A DNA stretch of 50,154 nucleotides, the filler included, from Trypethelium eluteriae (lineage: Eukaryota), in NCBI GenBank assembly GCA_051942245.1. It is 2 parts of 2 records of this genome, joined end to end, with 100 filler letters (N's around TTAATTAATTAA, not from the genome) between each part and the next. Parts side by side here need not be neighbours in the genome. Positions count along the whole stretch, not along the records: positions 1 to 25,051 come from JAVECL010000384.1; 1 more part is not named here. One strand, written 5' to 3'. Under the pieces are notes generated by a model that saw nothing but the letters and a program-made list of their open reading frames with translations, made no database searches and was not told the origin of the DNA. Below are positions 1 through 11,660 of the stretch, piece by piece (position 1 is the stretch's first letter; each line of letters begins with the position of its first letter). Both the position numbers and the translations under genes were made by a program.

Positions 1-711
1 GGTGCATGCACTTTCAACCCAAATAACTCCCCCCACCCCCCAAAAAAAGCTGAAGCAGCGACAAACTCTCTCAATTCTAAATAGGTTCCATTGACGGATT
101 ATCCCCGTGGTATGAGCAACACGTCCCTGGATCTGCGCGGATTCAAGTCCTTTGGTGGATCTGTGCTAATCAATAGAGAAATGCGGCCCCGCAATGGCAA
201 CTCGAGAACGTATTGATAGCGGATGTACAGAGTAGCGCCACGGGCAGTAGTGCTAAACTAAACAGAAAAGACCAGCCTCTGCAATTATCGTGTTGTGTTC
301 GAAATACGGGAGATACAGGGTGCTCTGATCCGGACATGACTCGATCAACTGTGTCATGCAATTAAGATGGTACCAATTTGCTGAAGTCCTGCATCTAGCA
401 ACGACTCTGTACTGATCGACGTGCTTGGGAAGTTGCGCATATTAGAGAAAGTGGCTGGCGACGAAGCGATACGATCTTGAAATGTTGGTGACCGCGGCGC
501 TGTTCGACTCCGTCCTTAGTTCCGGCGGGCGTCGGTTAAGTCCGTGTATGTAACAGAAGATGCAGGTATCTAACCATTACTTGTCAAATGCTATTTATTG
601 GAGACCTTTTCATCTACAGTTTCTGTTCTGCAACTCTGCGTCTTGACTTCAGCTTCTATACATTTCCCAATTAGTATCGTTCTAGGATTGGACATATTCG
701 CGCTCGACAAA

Positions 712-1845
712 ATGACAGCCACAACGTACCCGAACTTCAACAGCGGGACTGAAGGCATTGAGGTCGCCAAGGCATTTGCTGGGAGAATCCAAGGCAGGAC
801 CATACTAGTGACTGGCGTCAATCTAAAAGGAATTGGGTTCTCGACTGCGGAGACATTCGTAAGCTTTTGATCTGTTCAACCTGAGTATGCGCCCTGCTGA
901 TGTATATCGCAGGCTTCTCAATCTCCGGCCCACTTAATCATCGCGGGCCGCAGTCCATCTAAGATGGAGGAGAGCATCAATGCACTGAAGGAGAAGTTCC
1001 CAGATGTGGACTACCGTCCTCTCAAACTTGACCTCTCCAGCCAGCAAGCCGTCCGCGCTGCAGCAGCCGAGCTCCTCTCTTGGACTGATGTGCCAAGTAT
1101 TGACATTGTAGTCAACAGCGCCGGCATTATGAACATTCCAGAACGGACAATGAACGAGGATGGCATCGAGATACAATTCGCAACAAACCACATCGGGCAC
1201 TTCCTATTCACCTGCCTGATAATGCCGAAACTCCTAAAGGCAGCAGAGACTACTGAAAGAGGGAGTACGCGCGTAGTCAATATCAGTTCTGGCTCTCCCA
1301 CAGTCGGATCCATGCGATGGAGCGACATGAACTTCGAGAAGATCAATAAAGATCTTCCCGAGGCGGAGCAGCCTGCCTATGCCACGCATCGGCTTTTCGG
1401 AGCCAAAGATCCAGAAAACAAATCGTACCTGCCACTGGAGGGTTATAACCAGAGCAAGGTAGCGAACCTTCTTTTCAGCATTGCAGTTAACAAGAGATTG
1501 TATGAGAAGCATGGAATTTTAAGCTTGACCGTCCACCCGGGGGTAATTCCGACAGAGCTAGGGAGAAGCGCTTTACCGGAAACTATGGAAGCAGTTCGTG
1601 CGATGGCTGAGAATAAAGTCTTCACGTATAAAACTCTGGGAGCGGGAGCTGCGACGGGTGTGGTTGCCGCGTTGGATCCGCAGTTGGGGGCCGGTGAGAC
1701 TGGAGATGGCAAAGAGAATTGGGGAGTTTTTCTTGTGGACTGTCAGATATCTGACAAAGCCACTCCTCTTGCGGAGTCAAGTGCCGAGGCCGAGAAGCTA
1801 TGGAAGCTGTCCGAGGACTTGGTCAAGGAAAAGTTTGCTTGGTGA
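712..1845 (+). CDS. Short-chain dehydrogenase/reductase (retinol dehydrogenase/WWOX-like); 2 exons 712-858, 913-1845
   Basis: ATG at 712. Intron 859-912 (GTAAGC...GCTGAT...CAG) joins the two track ORFs in frame. Motifs: TGVNLKGIG (Rossmann), NSAG, ATNHIGHF, catalytic YNQSK (YxxxK), HPG and the C-terminal AEKLWKLSE. Confidence 0.93.
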
Positions 1846-3451
1846 AAGGGCATTGATTAACTTTTCCATAGCTGTTGTTCCGTATAAGTTTTGAAAATCA
1901 GCTGTTACATCCAGAATCAGTGCAACTTCTCTGTCTCTCCAGTCTGATCTCGCTCTTGCTGTGGTTCTTGAAGCTTGTAGCTTGGTACAGGGTATTAAGA
2001 CATCCTTTGAAAATGCTAGTGGATTGCTTCGTTGCGTAAAGACTTACCGCTTGCTTGACATTCGTTGAAAAGAACGAAGGTTCTTCTCGGATTGCAGGGT
2101 AGTGTTAGTGAAACAGGCGTTGACGTACCTACCTAGTTACTCCGTTGCGATTCTTCAAGGCTGCACAAAGACGGGCGGACGCTCTACCGTAAGGCTTCTT
2201 CAGGTACCGAAAGCTCTGTGGATCAAGAACAAGCCCTATTTTCTTTACGAGCACCGCGCCTGCTAACATATTCCACTGCGTTTAGTCCTTGTTACCTTGT
2301 TGTCTCTATATATTATGCCTGAAAGTCCACGGTGGAAACTCTTGTCAAAGGACAAGACGCTAGCGTTGCATCAGAGCTGGAATCTAGAGGCGTTGTATTT
2401 GGGGATCCGAATTGACCTCCATACCTTACTGATGAAGGACTTCTTGCTAACAGTTACGGAAGTGGTAACGACTAGCAGACGATTGATCTTCCTCCAGTTG
2501 CAGTCCGCCAGTTATGCCCAAAGCTCAATAAGCCCCCCACAAGAATTCAAGGATACCTGAATATTCATTCTCCCGCTGTTGTAGTTAGCTGGGTACGTAT
2601 AGCGCGGTCAGGGGACTTCTCTTCAGATTTTTGTTTACATGACAACCGCGGCCGCACGTAGGACGGTGAGCCTAAGAACCAGTCCAACTAGTGTAGCCCA
2701 AGTCGATGTTGCAAGTCTGTTTCTGTCCAAGGTGTCACTTTGAGACCGCTGATGCAAATGCCTGGCAATGAACGAACTCGACCAGTGCCAGGGTGTGGTG
2801 TAGGAAGGTGAGTGCTAATAATAGCTACAGGGAAAGGTTCCTACCTATCCACTCGTGTCAATTAAGGCTTGTTGCGCACAGGCCACTCGGTTATACCGCC
2901 TCTACCTAGGTAGGGTGCGGAGTCGGAGATGACCTGCCGATTTCGACACCCTGACCTCCACAAAACTTAATACAATTATTAATTCTACATTATTTCCTGT
3001 TTTGTCTATTGCTTGATACCTCAACAAGTCATAATAGCTCATTTCTACGCTTATTGCTATAAGAATCCGACAAAACCGTTGTTCTGGCCCTGATGAATTG
3101 GTTATTGCCCTGTCAAAATCGGCAGATTATTCTCCTATCCGGAGACGGCCGCTTTGACTAACGTTACTTCATACGATGTCCTTACTATTGCCCCAGCACT
3201 GGGATAGTCATACGAGCTCAGTGATCCACAGGCATGCCTGAAACCTTTTTTATCTTCTGACGTACCGCACGTCTGTGAAAAGTCCCGGTTTACGATGCTA
3301 CGTTTCTTACAACATCTGAAATGTACCAAGGTCAGTGTCATGCCTCTTCAACGTACCACTTGGCTTCATATTCCTGTTACTGGATATAAGAGCCGTGTGA
3401 CTCGTTTTCTGATCATTCAATTTCTTTTCGTCTTTCACATTCCTCTGCATC

Positions 3452-4922
3452 ATGGTGGTCTTCGCGTGGATATTGCCAGCCCTGCTGCCAGTCTCGGCAA
3501 TAGCAACGTCACTATGTTCCAACGGCTCTGAGCTCGCACCCGACGTCAGCCATGCTGGCCAATCTCAAAAAGGGCCGGACAGCTATCTTGTTAAAGACAG
3601 CTATATTATTAAGCTGAAAAACAATTATTCTATAGAGGAACATGTTGACTACATAGGCTCGAATGTCTCTTCGATAGGCCACGATTACTATTATTTAGAT
3701 ATATTTTCCGGATATGCCATCACCACCAACCGATCTGTAATCCAACTTATTAGAAGAGATCCAGGAGTCAAATGGACTAAAAGCAATAGCCTTCTATATC
3801 CGTATGCACTACTATTGTCGCCAGCGGGTCGTAAGGATCAAATGAAGCCCTCATCAAGACAGCAGTTGAAGCGATGGCGTCCAGCTATACAATCGGTGCC
3901 TCTCTCTTTTACCCTCGCGATGCAGTCAGCTGCGCAAAAGCTTTCCCGATTCACTCGCGATCGGCCTTTGTACTGGGCCTTGGACGATGCGGGTAGAACG
4001 GTAGATATCTATGTCCTTGACTCAGGTATAGATATCAATCATCCTGAGTTTGAAGGTCGAGCTTCTAATTTCAGAGGCTGGAATACGTCACCATTTGTAC
4101 CGTTGGGAGACCCTCGTATGGGAGATCTAGCTGGACACGGTACCTGTGTTGCATCTGTTGCTGGCGGCAGACTTACCGGGACCGCTAAACATGCGAACCT
4201 TATTAATGTTAAGATTGGTGATGTAATAACTACCGAGTTACACGTTATAAGTGCAATTATGTGAGTCCTGGAGAATTTCGTGGATTAACAATCGGAACGT
4301 GTTGCACTAACTCAATCTTTTCATTCACAGACAGGTGATAACAGAGCACAAGAATAAGAAGCGGACCTTCAGCCGTGACCTTTTTGCTGGATCAGTGATC
4401 AACTGGTCATTCGGCGGATATGACACCAATTTGTTTGGCCTGGAATCAATAATTCAGCAAGCAAAAGCCCATGGAATCCTCACAGTCACTGCTGCTGGAA
4501 ACGAAAACACTGACGCTGCCGCCGACCCAATATGCAAGTCCAAAGACATCATCTGTGTTGGAGCGGTTGATCAGGCATACAGGAAAACCCCTGGATCTAA
4601 TTATGGAGAAGCTATAACCGTTTCGGCTCCGGGTCATGATATAGTCTGCGCGGCTCCTTCTATATATTCTAACCTCTATACTACGACAAGCGGAACATCT
4701 CTTGCGGCAGCGTACGTGTCCGGGACGACTGCACAGTTTATTGGTTATGAGAAGTTACGGTCTGACACTGGAACAATAATTCAACGGATGAGAGACAACT
4801 GGAACGTTGGGTTCCTTCAGGGCTTCCCATCACGTCCAGCGACACCAAATACATTCAACAGCAACGGGTTTAAGAAGCCAAACAAATCTCCTGACCAGCC
4901 TTATGTTGGTGCTCCGGCTTAA
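3452..4922 (+). CDS. Secreted subtilisin-like serine protease (S8, proteinase K-like) with signal peptide and I9-like propeptide; exons 3452-4260, 4331-4922
   Basis: Hydrophobic N-terminus and propeptide YIIKLK. Catalytic motifs YVLDSG (Asp), GHGTCVAS (His), AAGN (oxyanion Asn) and SGTSLAA (Ser). Intron 4261-4330 (GTGAGT...CACTAAC...CAG) restores the frame. Confidence 0.92.
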
Positions 4923-5504
4923 AGTAATACGAGGTCGGAACTGGGATCGGCATGAGCGCTATTCATTGCGGAAGAAGGAAGCAACCCACAGGCAGAGGGA
5001 GACTCGTTCTCGCAGCATATCAGAAAATCGTGGAACCATACTGGAAGGCATCGACAATATCTCTGGTCCACGTCTTGAGGAAAACTACGAGATCGAGCAT
5101 ATAAAATGTCTTCGGTAAGTGGGAAAGTCATGGCTTCGATCTTGTTCATCACAGCCTCGTCTGATCGAATTGAAGGAGTTACAAGGGCATGTACTGGCTT
5201 CATACTTCGACACAATGGTAAATGTGACTTCTAGCTGACGACAGTACCGCCGTAGACCTGGTGAGGACCTGGAGTTTCAGTATTGAAAACTTGAAAACGA
5301 GACAAAGGAAATCATCAGGATCATTATCCTCTCACAAACCTTTTAATCCCTCGAGTGTTGGCACAAAGACGCTGTGAAAGACAAAGACAGGTCATTCTGT
5401 CCTCGTGGATCACTGCCAATAACTGCTTGTTTTAAGGTCTTGAATCCATCAATTCTCAGATATCGTCTCTTCACATATAAGTTCGGTGCCGTCTCCAAGT
5501 TGTT

Positions 5505-6707
5505 ATGTGCATTTCGACGTTAAGCTCGCTTTTAATCTCTCGGATCTGGAATCCGTTTGAGTCGGCCAAATCGAAGAAAAAGAAAGGGAAGCAACGTCAA
5601 TCTCTCATGTCAAATTCTAGGTCAAGACCGGCTTATAGTACGTTTCTAACAAATTCACCAGAGCCCTTGAACGTAGACCGGTCCGATCTGTTCTTTCGCG
5701 TTGAATTTACGGATGCGGACACATCAGCCAAACTGACGCCTGTAAACTTATCCCTCAGGACGCCCTATCCATCTATCACAGACTTTGACGCCGACTTTGA
5801 CGAAGGAGACGCTGCATCGATTGATACTCCTACCCTCATCAGGAATTCGGAAGGAAGGGTCGGGTACGAAAGGTACGAAACTGCGGAGGTGGCCGGCGCA
5901 GGTAAGCCTGACCCGGAACGGTTGACTGAATTCCAAGAGCATCGGTTGCATAGCGATATCTTCTTCAGTTGCACGGCGGACGGCATCATGTATGCTCAAA
6001 ATAAGCAGTCCTCTAAGCGAGATCCCTCTGCAAAGGGTCGGACCAATGCCGACTCCTCGAATCCTCTACCTGATGCACTCGGACCATTCAAGCCAGAGAC
6101 ACTAGATGGTGACCCAGCCAGACTTATGAGGGAGGGGAGCATCGCAGCCGCCTTGGGGCCTGACCCTCGAGACGCTCTGTGGTTTGTCCCACAGCCGGCC
6201 AATCTGGCACGTGTGCGAAAGACACCGCTCTACACCCTCGAGGCAAACGCTGCGAACAGGATTTCACAGGACCTTCAGTTTTTTGAAATCAGATATTACC
6301 TTAACCCTTGGAATGCATTCGGTGGTATGGATAAGTATTATGCGGAAAAATACGGTTCCGCATCTGTTAAGGATCCTTTTGTACAGGGCTGGCTTCGTGC
6401 CATGGAAGCTGTTCCGGCGCCAGCGGACGTGCCGGTCTCTGAGAGTAATACGCCGACAACTCGTAAAGAAGAAGATTCGACAGGAGATGATGTCAGACTC
6501 CTCAGTCTCGAAGAATATCACCCAACAAATTCACTTGAAAGCGGTGAAGTTGGAGAAGCGATCCTAGACAAGGCACCTAGTCTTTTATACAATCCCGACA
6601 ATCGTACATTAGGTGAGCCTTCGAGGACAAAGCCAATTGCGGCGCTGCAGTCCATGCGGCGTGGGCGTCCACTCCCGAAGCTATCGTTAGACACAGGTAA
6701 GTCCTAA
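5505..6707 (+). CDS. Hypothetical protein (~400 aa; true start may be the later MSNSRSRP; 3' end probably spliced)
   Basis: 1.2 kb uninterrupted ORF with protein-like composition. A GTAAGT donor at 6697, just before the stop, suggests further exon(s). One in-frame candidate acceptor is GCTGAC...TTAG ending at 6989, leading into ORF 6995-7201. No family confidently recognised. Confidence 0.6.
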   Translation: MCISTLSSLLISRIWNPFESAKSKKKKGKQRQSLMSNSRSRPAYSTFLTNSPEPLNVDRSDLFFRVEFTDADTSAKLTPVNLSLRTPYPSITDFDADFDEGDAASIDTPTLIRNSEGRVGYERYETAEVAGAGKPDPERLTEFQEHRLHSDIFFSCTADGIMYAQNKQSSKRDPSAKGRTNADSSNPLPDALGPFKPETLDGDPARLMREGSIAAALGPDPRDALWFVPQPANLARVRKTPLYTLEANAANRISQDLQFFEIRYYLNPWNAFGGMDKYYAEKYGSASVKDPFVQGWLRAMEAVPAPADVPVSESNTPTTRKEEDSTGDDVRLLSLEEYHPTNSLESGEVGEAILDKAPSLLYNPDNRTLGEPSRTKPIAALQSMRRGRPLPKLSLDTGKS

Positions 6708-8383
6708 GCCTGGCATAATGAGATGGAGACGAGTCAGGTCCTACGTACTCCGTAAGTTCTGTAATGAAAGATAGATGCAAATCAGATCTCCGCAGTCAGT
6801 TGCCCTTTGTACCTTCCACATCGTCACGTGACATGCATTAGTTGAAGACGGTGCAAATCCTACGAGATTGCGTTTGCTCTCGCACGTGTAGACGTTGAGA
6901 CTGTAATAGAGGTACATACTTTTTCAGCACCTAGACTTCAAACACTGTTCATTTCCACCTGGTGCGTTAGCTGACAACGTTCGGATTAGCGTGGGTGACG
7001 GTTCAAGGAAGAAGCGAACAGGCGATTCTCGCGTGCCTGGGGCCAACAAAATGCACTCGGCGAGCCTCAGCTATCTCTAGATTTGAGAAGATCCCAAGCA
7101 CGGCTCCTCTAGGAATTAGTGTGGGCGCTCTCCGCCGCGAGACCAGGTATTCGTATGCTGAAACGAACGACAGATCAAAGGCCGGTAGAGGCTGGGGATA
7201 GGGAATGGGAATGGAAAATGCAGTATCGCAGCTGACTGACAGCACATTTATTTTAGTATTAAGATAGACGGTTTGCCTACGAGAGCCCAGAATGTTTGAA
7301 ACATTTGACCGGCCATATTGTCTGGGCCGCCCAAGTGAAGCTTAAATGAACGACGTTGAGGGCGGTGATCCTTCAGAGGAAGTAGGCATCGACTTTGCAG
7401 TGGTAAATTAATGGGCGAAGAAAAGTGGGTAGTCCAACACCGGGGAGGCTTGGAGACACCGGTGATAGAAATTAAGCGTAGCGATTTAGTGTACATAACG
7501 TGACTCGCTTTGTTGTGCCAAGGTAGGTACCGTAGAGACCTTAGTATGTAGGTAGATACGCTGGCCCCAGTCTTTCAGCCCATGCCAAGCCGCACGATAG
7601 GGTGGTAGGATCAGCCCAACTAAGGAGTACGGAGGTATCTTTGCTCTCATCTTCTATCGAATCTAAAGCGTGGTTCGGGCATTTCTCGAAGACTCGACGT
7701 TGCATAATATCAAATAGCTCATATTGAACGAGGATAGGTAAGAAGTCGTGTAAGTTTCTCGCGTTATGACGGAAGATACGATGGTGCGATGTTGACGTTG
7801 CAAAGGAAAATTTGACTGGTGAGTGTGGCTGAGCTGCAAAAATAGAAAGATTCAACTCGCCCCAAACCCTTCCCATTGAATGATTCCAGGCTTTTCGCCT
7901 CTAAACGCCTAGTGCTCTACCACGTTCTTGACCGGCTAGCCAGATCCTTCTTAGCAATGCCAAGCGAACGCCTCGGATGGAACTCCTCGAGTCTAAGCAG
8001 GCAAGCGACATTACAAGACGGTCATCATGGGGCGGTCGGGCTATGCTGTGTCTTAACGTCGCCCTTTCTTAGTAACATTCACCTCGCAAGATGATCCTGT
8101 CTACCCTCGCCAAGCCAGCGCTCACTGGCAAGGCCGTATTGGGGTCCCAATCGAGATACGAAAAAAGTCTTTGTTGTGGCCACCGAGATGAAGTATATAT
8201 CCAACCAGGCCTTCCGCCTAGTCATGTTCTCTTCTCCTCATCCGACAATCCCTATCATCAGCAACTTTCCTATTATTTCCTTTTCCAATCATCAATCTTA
8301 TCACTGATTCCAGTCGTTACTAAACAGTCATTTGATTTGATATTTCCATCTGCGAGTTTTCTAATATCATAACATATCCAAAA

Positions 8384-9547
8384 ATGCATTCGTCCAGTCT
8401 CGCATCTGCCCTCCTACTCGGCGCTGCGGCCGTCAACGCTGCTCCTGGTGCTCCCTGGGGCGGGAAACAATATACTCCATCCAAGTCATATGGCGGTAGC
8501 TGGGGTGGCTATCGACCTGGGCAATGGGCACAAACGGGTGGTAACGCACCTGGTATCACACCCACTCCCATCGGAACCGGCTCAAACCCCGGTGGACCTG
8601 TGCTCCCCACGCCAGTTGGAGGCGCTCCAGGTGGAGGTGCCCCAGGTGCTGGTGGTACTCCAGTCATCACTTCCGTCACCGTTACCACCGTAGGCCAGTC
8701 CTTCATCCCCACCTCAACTCCCATGGCCACCAATGCTGGCACCACCTACTATTCCACCTGGCTCAGTGTCTCCTACTTCACAACGGTCTACACCAGCACC
8801 TTCACTATCGGCGGTGGGGTTGCTCCAACAGGCTTCCCACTTCCCATCGAGACCCCGTCAAATATCCCATCTGGCGGTAATAGCCCATTCAGTTATCCTG
8901 GCGCTCCCGCTCTTGGCGGCGGCGAATCTGCCTGCTCTCCTTCCACAACCATCTACAGCACTGTCACCGTGACTGCTGGCGCCGGCTCCGGCTCAGGGTC
9001 CACCCCAGCACCTGGTAGCGGAAGTCCCAGCAATGGCGGAAGCTCCAACAACGGTGGAAGTCCTAGCAACGGCGGAAGTCCCAGCAACGGTGGAAGTCCC
9101 AGCAACGGCGGAAGTCCCAGCAATGGCGGAAGCTCCAACAACGGTGGAAGTCCTAGCAACGGCGGAAGCTCCAACAACGGTGGAAGTCCTAGCAACGGCG
9201 GAAGCTCCAGCAACGGCGGAAGTCCTAGCAACGGTGGAAGCTCCAACAACGGCGGAAGCTCCAACAACGGTGGAAGTCCTAGCAACGGCGGAAATCCAAG
9301 CAACGGCGGAAATCCAAGCAACGGCGGAAGTCCCAGCAACGGCAATGGCAATCCAAATGGCAGTAATCCTGGTGGTCCTCAACCCACCGGAACCTCGCCC
9401 AACGGCTCGCAACCCAGCTCCGGCTACGGAAGCTGGCCCGTGAACTACCCTACCCACTACAAGGTGCCCAGCACGCCCACACCTGCTGCCTACTCTCCTA
9501 GCAAAGACGCATCGAAGGGTTTCCCATGGAGCAAGCTGCGGTTGTAA
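8384..9547 (+). CDS. Secreted Gly/Ser/Pro/Thr/Asn-rich repeat protein (putative cell-wall/extracellular matrix protein)
   Basis: Good ATG context (CAAAAATG), signal peptide MHSSSLASALLLGAAAVNA, Thr-rich segments (TTYYSTWLSVSYFTT, TTIYSTVTVT), hexapeptide repeats and C-ending codon bias. No hydrophobic GPI tail. Confidence 0.88.
   Translation: MHSSSLASALLLGAAAVNAAPGAPWGGKQYTPSKSYGGSWGGYRPGQWAQTGGNAPGITPTPIGTGSNPGGPVLPTPVGGAPGGGAPGAGGTPVITSVTVTTVGQSFIPTSTPMATNAGTTYYSTWLSVSYFTTVYTSTFTIGGGVAPTGFPLPIETPSNIPSGGNSPFSYPGAPALGGGESACSPSTTIYSTVTVTAGAGSGSGSTPAPGSGSPSNGGSSNNGGSPSNGGSPSNGGSPSNGGSPSNGGSSNNGGSPSNGGSSNNGGSPSNGGSSSNGGSPSNGGSSNNGGSSNNGGSPSNGGNPSNGGNPSNGGSPSNGNGNPNGSNPGGPQPTGTSPNGSQPSSGYGSWPVNYPTHYKVPSTPTPAAYSPSKDASKGFPWSKLRL
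9017..9340 (+). repeat. Coding tandem repeat, 18 copies of an 18-bp unit encoding GG(S/N)(P/S)(S/N)N
   Basis: Units such as GGCGGAAGTCCCAGCAAC, GGTGGAAGTCCTAGCAAC and GGCGGAAGCTCCAACAAC. 18 hexapeptide units counted in the translation (first unit SGSPSN). Confidence 0.95.
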
Positions 9548-10384
9548 ATGAGGGGTTCAACACATCTTAGGGCGAAGGCACGACGATGATCTGGGGGGCC
9601 AGATCTGGGTGTCACGGCACATGCATGGACTGGCGTTGTACAATGGCTTTTGGTCACGAGGTGGAAAACTTCTTATGTCGCGTTCGAGCGCGTTCGAAAA
9701 TGATTTCGACTTTTTCTTGACTTCGGGGGAAATGAAACTTCACTTCGATTCTTTGGGACTCTCCTTTTTGAGACATTTATTCATGAATATATGTAACCTT
9801 TAATATTTTAAATATACTTCCTTTAACCCTGCCGCCTTATCATGTGCACGTGAGACTGAATCGAGTGCAATAGTACAAGAATCGGGGTCTATGGAATCGA
9901 TATTTAGACGGAGATTTCCGAGATTAGGGTAGCAAGGTCGATCGCGGGCAGAGTCGCGGAAGTGAAGACCGAGACATTGCTACGGCAAATAAGACTAGAG
10001 CGCATCAGCAATACGAGTCAATTTTCCATCATCTCATTTCATTCAATATTGCTAGTAAAGGCACAGTGGTATTCAGAAGGCGCATACACGAAGTATCGAC
10101 CCCTCGTACAATACCAAATCCATCTCTCGAACCAGCAAAACATGCCAGTCATGTGAGGAGCTCCGCTTCCTAGAGGGATTATAGCAGATCTGCCAAACCT
10201 GTCTCGTATCCACAAAGAAAAGCAGCCAAGGAACGCCTCTTTGCCATCCGATCAAGGTGGCCAGTCACATCACATCGAGATTCGCTTTACTGATGCCCAT
10301 TACAAGATCAGCTATAAAAAGAAACATACCGTGAAGAACAGCAACATAGGGAATTACACATTATGTTCCCGGTGATAGTGCTTA

Positions 10385-11660
10385 TCATAGACGCTTCCCT
10401 GGCACGAAGATGAAGAGACACAGCAGCGCAGCGTCGATGGCGGTAATCCAGCCGAGACACATGAGGGCGCGCTTGGAAAGGAGGCGCCGGACGAAGGGCT
10501 CGCGGATGCGATAGAAGTCGAAGAAGGTATACTCGCTAAGGCCGGCGAGCGCGGCAAGCGGGTCCAGCATATACTGGTGGGAGGCGAGGAGATAGACGCC
10601 AAGGGTGAAGGGGAGGATGAGCTATGAAGCCGAATTAGCACTTGGCTTCCTGTAATTATCGCAAAACCTGTCTGTAGCAGGATGGGAGAAAAACCGAGGA
10701 GAGTTATGGAGGGAAAGTAGAGGGTTCGGTAAAGCTTACCCAGCATCGAGTCGCGCGAGAGTAGTTCAGGAAGATGAGCACGAAGGCAGCCCAGAAGGCG
10801 CCGAACAGGCTGAGCATGCCGAGGATGAGGCGTAGCATCATGCTGGGTGGTACTATATTGCCGAGGGCCTTGGCGCGGAGGAAGCCTGGGAAGGCGTCGC
10901 GTTCCATCGCTTGGAAGACGTAGTCTTTGGCTGGATCGAAGACCTCCGGATCATCACGGCCTTGACGCTCCACTGCTTGCACGATGTCATCGAGGATGCT
11001 TTGCGGCAGAATGATCTCGCGTTCAGCGCCAGGAAGGAGGTAGGTGTACAGAATCTTCTCGGCAGAGGCCCGGATATCCGCGCGAGCGACTGTGTGCGCC
11101 GGGGATTGGGAGGCTTGTGCTGGCGAGTTAGAGTTGCCCGTCATGAAACTGGGTCGCGGTGGTAGCTCTGTGCCGGTGGTTGTTCCCGAACCTTGGCTGC
11201 CATGGCTGTTCGACGGGGAGTGTTTGCTGCCACTTTCAGACCGGAGAAAGGCGGATAAGCGTGCATCTTGCGATCGTTGTTCTGTATAGTTAGAGGGCCC
11301 AGCGGCGTCCCGGATATCTTGTAAATTTTCAAGCACCTGAGACGACCTCTTGCTGCCAGCTTTCTCAAGCTCTGGCGTCTCAACAAGTACTGATCTTCGA
11401 AGCTCGCGTACGTAGTGCCTACATAATGACATATGTTGCGATACATCCAGCCTATTATCCGACGTTAGTTTCATTGCCTAGCGCCTCGCCAGAACGTGGC
11501 TGTCATACCAAAAGTCTAGATAGTCTACCGATCTTTGCTGATCTCGCATGTATATGTAGAAGGAAAACAGGTCGACGGGCGCTGTTGTCCTTCTGCTTAA
11601 CACTTCGAAGAGCGTTGGTAACCGGTCCCGGATGGGGACTGGCTGGTATTCGGTCGTCAT
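10385..11660 (-). CDS. RAX1: RGS-domain bud-site/polarity protein Rax1 (RgsB-like) with C-terminal transmembrane helices; exons 11660-11509, 11451-10740, 10621-10385
   Basis: Characteristic LPTLFEVLSRRTTAPVDLFSFYIYMRDQQRSVDYLDFW|LDVSQH, then AEKILYTYLLPGAEREI and DYVFQAMERDAFPGFL, hydrophobic helices, and C-terminus FVPGKRL. Introns 11452-11508 and 10622-10739 have canonical donor, branch and acceptor sites and keep the frame. Confidence 0.92.

Noticed and set aside
2902..2913. Palindrome CTACCTAGGTAG and scattered TACCTA/TAGGTA motifs
   Set aside because: Short low-complexity motifs common in fungal intergenic DNA; no terminal inverted repeats or target-site duplication to define an element.
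9017..9340. CRISPR-like array
   Set aside because: Head-to-tail units with no unique spacers, inside a eukaryotic CDS, and no cas genes.
8953..9457. Alternative-frame ORFs with PLLGLP / AVAGTS / TAEVPA repeats
   Set aside because: Shadow frames of the stop-free 18-bp coding repeat; only the 8384-9547 frame has a signal peptide and sensible codon usage.
9530..9547. SKL as a peroxisomal PTS1 signal
   Set aside because: The protein ends SKLRL, so SKL is not terminal, and the protein has a secretion signal.
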